DNA of 64,000 bases from a virus (lineage: Duplodnaviria > Caudoviricetes): IMG/VR virus record IMGVR_UViG_3300027754_000035; one strand, given 5' to 3'. Below, piece after piece: positions 27,416-36,702 of the stretch. A program made the position numbers and the translations under genes. The notes beneath the pieces are model-generated. The model saw nothing but the letters and a program-made list of their open reading frames with translations, did no database searches and was not told the origin of the DNA. Numbering within the stretch: position 1 is the first letter of the stretch; the number at the start of each line of letters is the position of its first letter.

Positions 27416-30133
27416 ATGTATCAGAATATTTATTTCGACCGAAAAAGCAATACTTGCCATCTTTGGGACGATAAACAAGGTTATACCAATTTTGTATTTC
27501 GTCCATATGCTTATAAAAAGCGTCAAGGTGGTAAATACAAGAGTATGTCGGGCGAAGACTTGGAGAAGGTGTACAGCTTCAACCCCCGTGATCCTAGTTT
27601 GTTTGAGAGCGATGTACCCATTGATACTCGCATTCTAATTGACGCATACGAAGACAGCGATGATTCGTCTGAAGGTAACCGTGTTTTGTTTTTGGATATT
27701 GAGGTCAGCACCGAAGGTGGCTTTGCCAAGGAAGATGAAGCTGACAAAGAAATCACAGCTATTGCTATCTATGATAGTACAACCAGTAAGTACACAGCAT
27801 TCATTTTGGACCGCAATGGTCTGATGGAAGATATTGATACTCCCGAGAAAGAGATCAAAAGTTTTCGTGATGAAGATAGTATGTTGATGCACTTTCTCAG
27901 TAAATGGGAAGAGATTCAACCAACGATTGTCACTGGCTGGAACAGCAATCAGTTTGACATGCCGTATATTTACCGCAGGCTGAAATTTGTGGTGGGTTAT
28001 GACAACGCCAAACGTTTGAGTCCTATTGGAATTGCGTACATCAATGATTGGAACAAGCGATTGGTAATTGCTGGTGTCACGCATTTGGACTACATGAAGC
28101 TTTATGAAAAGCTCAATATTAAGAAAGAAGCAAGCTATTCATTGAACGCCATTGGTAAAAAAGTGGTGGGCATGGAAAAGATTAACTATCGTGGTAGTCT
28201 TGATACACTTTACAAAGAAGATATTAAGAAGTATGTGGCATACAACTTAAATGACGTGGAGATTATGGTGGCAATTGACAAAAAGTTGCAGTTCATTGAA
28301 CTAGCAAGAGCTATTTGTCACAAAGGTCACGTTCCATATGAATGTTATGATCGAAGTTCTCGATTCATTGAAGGTGCAATTTTGATGTTTCTACGCAGAA
28401 ACGGACAGGTTGCCAAGAATAAGCCTGTCGATGGTCGAGAGGAATATGAAAATAGAGAGGATTCAGATGAACAAGGATTTGAGGGAGCATATGTTAAGGA
28501 GCCTATTCCTGGTCGTTATGATTGGGTGTTTGATTTGGATCTCACATCAATGTATCCGAACATCGTCATCAGTCTTAACTTATCTCCTGAGACTAAAGTA
28601 GCAGTGATTGATCACATCGAATATGACGACGTTCATGTTGCGGATCGCAAACGTGAGCTTACTGATGATTGGGAAAATTTGAGCGATAAAGCCAAGAAGG
28701 AAACTTCGTTGGAGCAATACATTGATTTGCGACTTTATAGCTACAATTCTCGCATGTTTACTGCTGGTAAGATCACCAACTATTATGTTGGGTCAACTAA
28801 ATATAGTAGTACCGAACTTGTAAAACTATTGGAGACTTCCAATCTGAGTATTGCTAGTAATGGTGTATTGTATGACAAAACAACTCCAGGTGTGATTCCA
28901 AATATTCTGGTTAAATGGTTCGATGAGCGCAAAGAGATGCGAGCATTGGCAAAGAAATACGCCAAAGAAAAAGATTGGGAACAATATGAGTTTTATGAGC
29001 AGCGTCAAAAAGTGCAAAAGGTACTTCTCAACTCCATTTATGGTGTTTTGGGTCTGCCGATTTTCCGCTTTTATGACAAGGATAATGCTTCGGCTGTGAC
29101 GATCACTGGTCAAGATATTATCAAAACCACGGGCAAGGCAATCAACGAATACTTCAAAAATTCGCTGAATGAGACCGATGGTAATTGGGTAATTTATACC
29201 GACACCGACAGTTGTTTTGCCAGTGCATTGCCCATCATTCAGAAGAACATGCCCGATGTGGATTTGAATGATGATAAGCAAATGACCGATGCTATTCTAA
29301 AAGTAACTACTGAGGTTCAAACATTCGTGAATAAATTTTATGATCGAATGGCTCTACGATTGTTTAACATTTCTACACACCGATTTGACGCCAAGCAAGA
29401 AGTTATTGCCAAGACTAGTTTTTGGTTGAGCAAGAAACGCTATGCTCAGTTCATCATCAACGTTGCGGGTATTGATGTAAAAACAATGGAGGTCACCCAC
29501 GAAAACAAGGCAGAATTTGTGTTGGATGAATGTGGTAATCCCATCGCCAAGTTGGAAGTCAAGGGTATTGATGTGGTCAAGAGTTCATTTCCAATTTATT
29601 TTCGCAAATTCATGGAGAAGTTTCTACAAGATATTTTGCGCAAAACACCAAAAGAAAAAATCGACACAAACATTTTGGGATTGCTTGATGATTTGCCCAA
29701 CGCCAGTATCATTGATATTGCAAAAAACACAGGTGTCAAGTTTACGAGTAAGGATAAAAAGACTAACTTTAATCCTGTGACCCGCAATAAATTTAAGTAT
29801 GTCAAGGGTACAACCGCTCAATGCAAAGCTGCATTGGCATACAATGACTTGCTGAAGCATTGGGGTATTGATAATATGGTACCCCCGATCTTTCATGGTC
29901 AGAAAATCAAGTGGGTGTATTTGAAACAAAATCAATTTGGTCTGGAATGTTTGGCTATGAAAGCAGACGGTACCGACCCAGATCAAATGTTGGAATTTCT
30001 CAATTCGTATGTCGATAAACACACTATGTATGAGCAAGAGCTTAAGGGCAAGTTAAGCGATTTTTATTCAATCTTGACGTGGGCCTATCCCAATCAGAGC
30101 GATCAAAAATTGAATGAGTTTTTTGGATTTTAA
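27416..30133 (+). CDS. polB: family B DNA polymerase (gp43-like) with 3'-5' exonuclease
   Basis: LDIE, GWNSNQFD and YNLND exonuclease motifs; DLTSMYP, KVLLNSIYG, YTDTDS, KKRY. Confidence 0.97.
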   Translation: MYQNIYFDRKSNTCHLWDDKQGYTNFVFRPYAYKKRQGGKYKSMSGEDLEKVYSFNPRDPSLFESDVPIDTRILIDAYEDSDDSSEGNRVLFLDIEVSTEGGFAKEDEADKEITAIAIYDSTTSKYTAFILDRNGLMEDIDTPEKEIKSFRDEDSMLMHFLSKWEEIQPTIVTGWNSNQFDMPYIYRRLKFVVGYDNAKRLSPIGIAYINDWNKRLVIAGVTHLDYMKLYEKLNIKKEASYSLNAIGKKVVGMEKINYRGSLDTLYKEDIKKYVAYNLNDVEIMVAIDKKLQFIELARAICHKGHVPYECYDRSSRFIEGAILMFLRRNGQVAKNKPVDGREEYENREDSDEQGFEGAYVKEPIPGRYDWVFDLDLTSMYPNIVISLNLSPETKVAVIDHIEYDDVHVADRKRELTDDWENLSDKAKKETSLEQYIDLRLYSYNSRMFTAGKITNYYVGSTKYSSTELVKLLETSNLSIASNGVLYDKTTPGVIPNILVKWFDERKEMRALAKKYAKEKDWEQYEFYEQRQKVQKVLLNSIYGVLGLPIFRFYDKDNASAVTITGQDIIKTTGKAINEYFKNSLNETDGNWVIYTDTDSCFASALPIIQKNMPDVDLNDDKQMTDAILKVTTEVQTFVNKFYDRMALRLFNISTHRFDAKQEVIAKTSFWLSKKRYAQFIINVAGIDVKTMEVTHENKAEFVLDECGNPIAKLEVKGIDVVKSSFPIYFRKFMEKFLQDILRKTPKEKIDTNILGLLDDLPNASIIDIAKNTGVKFTSKDKKTNFNPVTRNKFKYVKGTTAQCKAALAYNDLLKHWGIDNMVPPIFHGQKIKWVYLKQNQFGLECLAMKADGTDPDQMLEFLNSYVDKHTMYEQELKGKLSDFYSILTWAYPNQSDQKLNEFFGF

Positions 30134-30138
30134 CTGTT

Positions 30139-30852
30139 ATGAATATAGACCCACAGGTGGATAATGGAATCAGAGAAAATGTCGCCGCACCACAAGATGT
30201 ATACGACAATTTCAATGCATTGATGTTGGGCAACGATATTCGGGTTTTGACAAAGCTAGTAGCCAGAACAACCTTATTTCAGAGAGTAATAGATGTGCCC
30301 GGCGACATTGTGGAATGTGGTGTGTACAAAGGCACTGGCATTATGACGTGGCTTAAACTCAAGCGTATTTTGGCACCAAACGCATTCAAAAAAGTGATTG
30401 GTTTTGATATGTTTGACGCCGATGAATTGTTGAATACGTTGGATGGATTTGACAAAGATCGTATGTCTGATATGTTCAAAAATAGAAACTTTAACTACGA
30501 TTCCAAGTATTTGCAGACACTACACAATACCATCCAATCGGCGGGTTTCTCCACCAGTGACTACGAATTGATCAAAGGTGATATTTCCAATACTACTACG
30601 CGGTATGTAGCGCAACGTCCTGGAGCCAAAATCTCGTTGCTGTATCTTGATTTGGATCTGGAAACTCCCACGTATTATGCACTCAGTGCTTTATGGGATA
30701 GAGTTTCCAAAGGTGGATTGGTGGTATTCGATGAATATGCGTATCACCAATGGAGTGAAACACAAGGTGCCGACAAATTCTTTGCAAATAAAAATGTCAA
30801 GATACAAGCTTTGCCATTTTCAATGCCAACCGCAGTTGTGATAAAAGAATAA
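30139..30852 (+). CDS. TylF/MycF/NovP-family sugar O-methyltransferase
   Basis: PGDIVECGVYKG, IGFDMF, LIKGDI, LLYLDLDLE, GGLVVFDEY. Confidence 0.88.
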   Translation: MNIDPQVDNGIRENVAAPQDVYDNFNALMLGNDIRVLTKLVARTTLFQRVIDVPGDIVECGVYKGTGIMTWLKLKRILAPNAFKKVIGFDMFDADELLNTLDGFDKDRMSDMFKNRNFNYDSKYLQTLHNTIQSAGFSTSDYELIKGDISNTTTRYVAQRPGAKISLLYLDLDLETPTYYALSALWDRVSKGGLVVFDEYAYHQWSETQGADKFFANKNVKIQALPFSMPTAVVIKE

Positions 30853-30855
30853 TTT

Positions 30856-31269
30856 ATGAAAAAAAATGCAGATTTGCTAAATATGCCCATTGGTGGTGGT
30901 AAAATTCCACTAAAATTTGTGGGTGGTGACACAGTTTGTACTGGGTATGATCGTGTTGTTATAGGTCAGCGTGGTCCGTATGTTGAGGTATCGCCATCAC
31001 AAATGTTGCTGCGTAAGCTATACATTCCTAAAAATCAATTGTACAGACTCAGCGATCCCAAAGTATACTACATAGAATTCAGAACCAACGATGATGCCAA
31101 CGCAATGGTGTATTATCAGATGCGTAATGTAGCATATGCTGACTATAAAATTGGATTCTATTACATTTCCCCCGACAACTTGGAACAAATTATCGATAAT
31201 ACAACAAAACCTTGTATGAAAAAATCGGTGATACACGTTCTATCCGAAGAATTTTTCGAAACAGTTTGA
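30856..31269 (+). CDS. hypothetical protein
   Basis: 137 aa ORF coupled between the TylF-like gene and the clamp; RVVIGQRGPYVE motif. Confidence 0.7.
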   Translation: MKKNADLLNMPIGGGKIPLKFVGGDTVCTGYDRVVIGQRGPYVEVSPSQMLLRKLYIPKNQLYRLSDPKVYYIEFRTNDDANAMVYYQMRNVAYADYKIGFYYISPDNLEQIIDNTTKPCMKKSVIHVLSEEFFETV

Positions 31270-31294
31270 CAAATACATAACCACACCATACACT
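31266..31294 (+). promoter_or_regulatory. sigma70-like promoter
   Basis: TTGACA-17 nt-TACACT, 8 nt before the clamp ATG. Confidence 0.65.
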
Positions 31295-31302
31295 ACATAG
31301 AT

Positions 31303-32040
31303 ATGAAGAAGACTACACTGAACACGTTCATCGACAAATACTCTCTCAATGGCACCATCGAATCAGTCAAATGGGTTGTTGACAGCAAAAATAAAGTAAT
31401 CACTACCAGTTCCATCAGCGACGACTCTGGTGTATTGAGCTTTGTAAGCATCAAAGATAATGCTGGATTGGATTCAATTGAAATCGGCGTAAATGATACA
31501 GCCAAACTCAAGAAGTTGCTCACAGTTCTGGGTGATGATGTTGAGATTGTACCCAACAAGACCAATGATAAGGTTACATCGTTGAGTATTGTCTGCGGCG
31601 AAACCGACGTGCAGTATTGCACTGCCGATCTGGGAGTCATTCCACCAGTTCCTCCACTTAAGAAGTTGCCACCATTCAATTTGGAAATTCCGTTGACCAA
31701 GGAATTCGTGGCAATCTTTATCAAAGCCAAGAGTGCTTTGAATGACATTGATGTTGTGACACTAAGCACAGATAAAAAGGGTAAGATCAAGATGACAATT
31801 GGTTATAGTAATGTCAACAGCAATCGTATCAATCTTGATATCAAGCCGATTGATGGTAAAGATAAGTTGGGTAAGACTTTGCACTTCAACGCTAAGTACT
31901 TGAAGGAAATTCTCACCAGCAACAGCGATTGTGAAAATGCGGTCTTGAAGGTGAGTGACGTTGGATTGGCACATGTTGAATTTAACAACGATATGTTTAC
32001 CAGCAATTATTATTTGGTTGAGATCAAGAACATCGACTAA
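31303..32040 (+). CDS. DNA polymerase sliding clamp (gp45/PCNA-like)
   Basis: 245 aa, YCTADLGVI linker, FNAKYLKEIL, SNYYLV; directly upstream of the clamp loader. Confidence 0.8.
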   Translation: MKKTTLNTFIDKYSLNGTIESVKWVVDSKNKVITTSSISDDSGVLSFVSIKDNAGLDSIEIGVNDTAKLKKLLTVLGDDVEIVPNKTNDKVTSLSIVCGETDVQYCTADLGVIPPVPPLKKLPPFNLEIPLTKEFVAIFIKAKSALNDIDVVTLSTDKKGKIKMTIGYSNVNSNRINLDIKPIDGKDKLGKTLHFNAKYLKEILTSNSDCENAVLKVSDVGLAHVEFNNDMFTSNYYLVEIKNID

Positions 32041-32052
32041 TATTGTCAATAT

Positions 32053-33012
32053 ATGAGTTTTTTTGAAGAAACACCGAAAGTGGCTACCAACGATCACGGA
32101 GTTTGGGCGGAAAAGTATCGTCCCGAAACTCTGGATGGATATATTTGTGACGAACGGGTTCGAGCAATCATTTCAGATTTCATCGATAGAAAGGATGTTC
32201 CTGGACACTTGTTGTTTCATGGAAGTGCTGGAACTGGTAAGACCACGTTGGCAAAGATCATCACCAGAAATATTCCATGCGACGTAATGTATGTCAACGC
32301 ATCCGACAATACTGGTGTTGATTTTGTTCGTGATAAGATCAAGCCGTTTGCAGCCACGATGGGTTTCAATGATTTGAAGATTGTGATTTTGGACGAATCT
32401 GATTATATGTCTACAAACTCACAGGCATCACTGCGTAACTTGATGGAGACATACAGTAAGACAACACGATTTATTCTTACTTGTAATTACGTCGATAAGA
32501 TCATTGCTCCGTTGTTTAGTAGGACTCAAGTGTTCAAATTGGAACCTCCCACAATGAAGGATGTTGCAATGTATATCGTTAAAATTCTTACCGCTGAGAA
32601 TATCGCATATGATATGCCAACGGTGGCAACGGTGGTCAAGGAGTATTATCCAGATATTCGTAAGATCGTCAATGTCGTTCAGCAGAGTACAACCAGCGGA
32701 AAGTTGGAACTGGTCAAATTGCAGAGTGCCAATGCTGATGTAAAGAACAAGATGATTTCTATTCTTAAATCTGCGAAGACCAACAAAAAAGCGTTCAACG
32801 AGGTTCGACAATTGGTGAATGATGCTGGTATCAAAATGTATGAAGAACTGTATACCGAGTTATACAACAAAACGTCTGAGTATGCTAACGAGCAAGATAT
32901 TGCAGTAATTATTGATATCTCGGAGAGTGTATATCAGAATGCTATGGTTGTTGATAAGGAAATTACGTTTATGGCGTGTATTGCCAAATTATTGAAGATC
33001 GTTACAAAGTAA
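32053..33012 (+). CDS. clamp loader large subunit (gp44/RFC-like AAA+)
   Basis: WAEKYRP, GSAGTGKTT, NASD, VILDESD, FILTCNY. Confidence 0.95.
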   Translation: MSFFEETPKVATNDHGVWAEKYRPETLDGYICDERVRAIISDFIDRKDVPGHLLFHGSAGTGKTTLAKIITRNIPCDVMYVNASDNTGVDFVRDKIKPFAATMGFNDLKIVILDESDYMSTNSQASLRNLMETYSKTTRFILTCNYVDKIIAPLFSRTQVFKLEPPTMKDVAMYIVKILTAENIAYDMPTVATVVKEYYPDIRKIVNVVQQSTTSGKLELVKLQSANADVKNKMISILKSAKTNKKAFNEVRQLVNDAGIKMYEELYTELYNKTSEYANEQDIAVIIDISESVYQNAMVVDKEITFMACIAKLLKIVTK

Positions 33013-33046
33013 TGTTATAACAAAGTATAGTCAGATCTGGTAATAT

Positions 33047-33862
33047 TTACAAACGATTGTAATTTTGCCAGTATTTGTATATTGATTGTGCGTCACTACT
33101 CACCATGTTTTGATGCTTAATGATGTTGAGCCAAGACTCAAAACAAATAACGTCTGCTGGTGTTCCTAAACAAACATAGTTGTCTGTGGTATAGTGAGTT
33201 ACTTTCAAACCATCGTTGATCATCAAATTATAGGGAAGTGTGACATAGTATTCACCATTCACCGACAACTTTTCAGACATCAAACGTTTGAAATACTTTT
33301 TGAGTAATGCGCCGGATTTGAAATAATAGATACCGTTTGATGCTGGTTCATCATGCTTTACCTCACTAATAGGCTTTTTTTCTTGTATGTGCTTAACAAT
33401 ATCACCATCCACAGACAAGAATGCAAATGATTTGTTGTATAATTTGTGTGGGTGAAAGCCGGCGTGCGTCACCACACAGCCGTCCGAATTAGTGTCTCGG
33501 CAGTATTTCAAAAATGCATCAAAATCCCACTTTTGTGTCAAGTCACAATAACTCACAACTACTTCTTCATCGTCTGGAATTTGATCAAAAATGTGGGAAA
33601 TTGAAAATACTGGACCCAGATTGTTTGGCGGAATGGCCAATACTTTTGATTTCTTGTATTCTCCAATCACACGATCAATGCCGTGAGTAGATACATCGCT
33701 GCTCTTTACTACAAAAATAAAGTCACTATCGGCCACGGTGGGATACACATCCAAAGCATATTCCAATAACCGTTTGCCGTGTATACGAATCAGTGGTTTG
33801 ATTGGATAACCTTGTGAGGTAAATCTTTCACTGTTTCCCGATAGAGTTAAAACAATTTTCAT
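33047..33862 (-). CDS. sugar-phosphate nucleotidyltransferase (NTP_transferase-like)
   Basis: SGNSERF..G..IKPLI, YCD, EKKPIS, GIYYF, GEYYV, LGTP. Confidence 0.85.
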   Translation of the reverse strand: MKIVLTLSGNSERFTSQGYPIKPLIRIHGKRLLEYALDVYPTVADSDFIFVVKSSDVSTHGIDRVIGEYKKSKVLAIPPNNLGPVFSISHIFDQIPDDEEVVVSYCDLTQKWDFDAFLKYCRDTNSDGCVVTHAGFHPHKLYNKSFAFLSVDGDIVKHIQEKKPISEVKHDEPASNGIYYFKSGALLKKYFKRLMSEKLSVNGEYYVTLPYNLMINDGLKVTHYTTDNYVCLGTPADVICFESWLNIIKHQNMVSSDAQSIYKYWQNYNRL

Positions 33863-34301
33863 AAAATTCTATATTATCACTTATTATACCATCAAACTGA
33901 AGAATTTCATTGATGGTGTATTGAGATAGTTCAGGCATCATTAATATGCCACGTCTATAATTAGTGGTGGTATATGGATTTACCATAATAATATTTTTGC
34001 TGGTTGCCGCAAAATCTTCTTTGGCGTGGTAAAATACGTTGAGGGTTTCAAACTGTCGCAGATGAAAAAATGCAGCATCGTTTTTGCAATGAATCCACAG
34101 TCGAGCATAGTTCGATGTTAAGAACTGTGGAACCATTTGCCATTCTGGAACATCATGACCCAGAAACAATTTATCGTTCTGTAGCCACACATCAATTTCA
34201 ACATCGTAGCCTTTATCCAATACAGATTGTATTGTGGTTGGTGAGTTTTCGTAAACTTTGTGGCGACCATTAAGGTTGCCCCGATGACTTATAAACAACA
34301 T
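33828..34301 (-). CDS. GDPD/PLC-like phosphodiesterase
   Basis: ISHRGN, EN, DVEIDV, LGHD, WIHCKN. Confidence 0.8.
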   Translation of the reverse strand: MLFISHRGNLNGRHKVYENSPTTIQSVLDKGYDVEIDVWLQNDKLFLGHDVPEWQMVPQFLTSNYARLWIHCKNDAAFFHLRQFETLNVFYHAKEDFAATSKNIIMVNPYTTTNYRRGILMMPELSQYTINEILQFDGIISDNIEFYENCFNSIGKQ

Positions 34302-34406
34302 ATCAATATATATTTATGTACACAAATTCAAAAACTAATAATTTCAAATAAAATAAATAGCGTTGTTGCGTCTGTGGCTAGTTATGGTAAGATCTATAAA
34401 AGAGCT

Positions 34407-34850
34407 ATGCAAACTGTTAAAACTATATTTATACGACAGCCGTTTTACCTCAAGCCTTTGTCTGCAATTAAACGAGCTATACGCAAACTATCACTGATCA
34501 AAAATACTCCGAAGTTGGAAAGAGTTGGTGACACTTGGTTTGGATTGGAGCAAGCGGTGGATGTACCGTTTAGATGGTCCCACCCGATTGCCAAATTGAA
34601 CATTCAAAATTTGAGTAAATTGACCATAAGAGTCACCGATCCGCTTGGCCGAGATTTACACATTTCCACCAAAGAAGTAATGACAACCGTCAAGTTGAAC
34701 CCTGGTGAAACGTATGATATTGTGTTGAGTGTATGTGATGCTGAGGATGTAGTGCTGCGATGCGACCCATTTAATCCCGACAGTGACACACGTTGTTTGG
34801 GAATGCAATATTTGTTTATTGCCACACAGCAATGTATGGTATTGAATTAA
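34407..34850 (+). CDS. small beta-sandwich domain protein, paralog of 36276
   Basis: WFGLE...FRWSHP...DTRCLG; start reassigned to ATG 34407. Confidence 0.65.
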   Translation: MQTVKTIFIRQPFYLKPLSAIKRAIRKLSLIKNTPKLERVGDTWFGLEQAVDVPFRWSHPIAKLNIQNLSKLTIRVTDPLGRDLHISTKEVMTTVKLNPGETYDIVLSVCDAEDVVLRCDPFNPDSDTRCLGMQYLFIATQQCMVLN

Positions 34851-34853
34851 CAC

Positions 34854-36272
34854 ATGGAAAAGCACAATCAAAATAAAATAGATTTCTTGAGAGAAAGAAT
34901 TGATTCGTTGGTATTGATATCCAAGGACAAGAATCTATTAGACAACCTAAAATCGGAAGCGGATGTTGAATTTTATTTGATTGATGACATGGATGCGTTG
35001 AATGGTATTGGTATCTACACCGAACTCATCAAAAAGATGGGAAAAACGTTTGTGTTTGTCAATAGTAGTTTTGAGGAAAACAAGTTTCTTAAATTCATTG
35101 TGAACCGCACACTCAATGTTTTTGAAAAAGAAAAGGTGTTCTGTAATATTATTGTATATTCCAAGTACGACTTTCCCCGCAAAGAATCTATCAAAAAGAT
35201 TTCTTTGATTAAATTGTTCAATCGTTCCAATATTGAATTGGATACTATTGATAGTGTGTATTATGTTGGTCAATATGGTACATCCGGTTATGCATCGGCG
35301 TGCAAAGGTTATATTGCTGAATATGTCACCAAAGGTATTCCCATCAGTTGGAATACGTTGAAGTTTGACAGCACTAAGTTAGATGTGACCAATTATGTCA
35401 ATGCATTGGCAGAAAGTGCTATTGGCCGGCCCTTATCAGGCAAGGATCAGATTACATTACATTCTACACCAGACTTGTGGCCTGAGTACATCCGAACTTA
35501 CGAATGCAGCAAATACAAGCGAGTTGTTGGATATTGTGCTTGGGAGAGTAGCAAACTACCAGACAAGTGGGTGGAGTGTATCAATTTGCTACCAGAAGTG
35601 TGGGTTCCCAGTAATTACAACAAAATTGTTTTCAAAAACTGTGGTGTTAAAAGTAAAATTCAAGTAGTGCCCCACGTTTGGTTTGACCAACAGTTGGTGG
35701 CTAAAAACAAGATTACAATCACAGACTGCTTTGGTACAGAACTCAGCAAAACCAAGTATACGTTTTATAGCATTGGCGAATTAACAGCAAGAAAAAGTAT
35801 CGAAGAATTGGTACGAGTATTTGACAAATTTAACGATTCGTATCCAAATACTCAATTGTTGCTCAAAGTACATTACAAGGATTACACCATCCAAAACATC
35901 AATTACATTGTAAACAAACTAAATGTGTTGACAAATAAGCTGGGTAAGAGTATACATTTATTGTTGATGAATTTGAACGAGCGTGAAATGTTGAGCTTAC
36001 ATGGATTCGGTGACTGCTACATCAGCCTTACCAAATCTGAAGGGTTTGGTCTGACCATCTTTGAAGCATTCAAGTTGAACAAGGAGGTTATCGCCACGGG
36101 TTATAGTGGTCATTTGGATTTCTTGGGTAACGATCATTCTGGACTTGTAAAATATAAGCTCGCCGACATCCAAGGCATGGAAACTTTCAGTATCAATTAT
36201 ACCAGTGACCAACAATGGGCTTATCCCGATTTGGATCACGCTTATACACTCATGGAACAAAAAGTAAAATAA
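34854..36272 (+). CDS. GT4-family glycosyltransferase with N-terminal extension
   Basis: GTSGYA, AWESS, VPSNYN, RKSIEEL, SEGFGLTIFEA. Confidence 0.88.
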   Translation: MEKHNQNKIDFLRERIDSLVLISKDKNLLDNLKSEADVEFYLIDDMDALNGIGIYTELIKKMGKTFVFVNSSFEENKFLKFIVNRTLNVFEKEKVFCNIIVYSKYDFPRKESIKKISLIKLFNRSNIELDTIDSVYYVGQYGTSGYASACKGYIAEYVTKGIPISWNTLKFDSTKLDVTNYVNALAESAIGRPLSGKDQITLHSTPDLWPEYIRTYECSKYKRVVGYCAWESSKLPDKWVECINLLPEVWVPSNYNKIVFKNCGVKSKIQVVPHVWFDQQLVAKNKITITDCFGTELSKTKYTFYSIGELTARKSIEELVRVFDKFNDSYPNTQLLLKVHYKDYTIQNINYIVNKLNVLTNKLGKSIHLLLMNLNEREMLSLHGFGDCYISLTKSEGFGLTIFEAFKLNKEVIATGYSGHLDFLGNDHSGLVKYKLADIQGMETFSINYTSDQQWAYPDLDHAYTLMEQKVK

Positions 36273-36275
36273 TTT

Positions 36276-36701
36276 ATGGAAGATGCAATTATAATCAATC
36301 AGTCGTTTTTGAAAAGACTCAAAAACGCTTTTTCAGTGCGAGCATTCAATACATCTGGTACACTAACATTGACTGGTGTGGATTGGTACGATGTTGAAAA
36401 AGATCTCGACGGCAATAAGTTTCGTTGGTCACATCCAAAAACCAGAATTGAATTCGAAAATATTTCGGCACTCCGAATAAAGTTGTTGTGTCCAATTGGG
36501 CGTGAAGTACACATTTTTAATGATAAAATTAACTTCAAACAAAAACTTTCAACAAATAAGCCATATACGTTTGTTATCAACACTATCGGTTCTATGTATT
36601 TGAACATCGAGACCGATCCATACATGCCTGAGAATGATACACGCCAACTAGGACTCTGTTTCACTCAGGTTTGTGAACACCCAAGTCTGTCTTGCCTATA
36701 A
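36276..36701 (+). CDS. small beta-sandwich domain protein, paralog of 34407
   Basis: WYDVE...FRWSHP...DTRQLG. Confidence 0.7.
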   Translation: MEDAIIINQSFLKRLKNAFSVRAFNTSGTLTLTGVDWYDVEKDLDGNKFRWSHPKTRIEFENISALRIKLLCPIGREVHIFNDKINFKQKLSTNKPYTFVINTIGSMYLNIETDPYMPENDTRQLGLCFTQVCEHPSLSCL

Positions 36702-36702
36702 A

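Noticed and set aside
27416-30133. Intein or intron in polB
   Set aside because: Length is typical (905 aa), motifs are contiguous, and there is no C...HN signature
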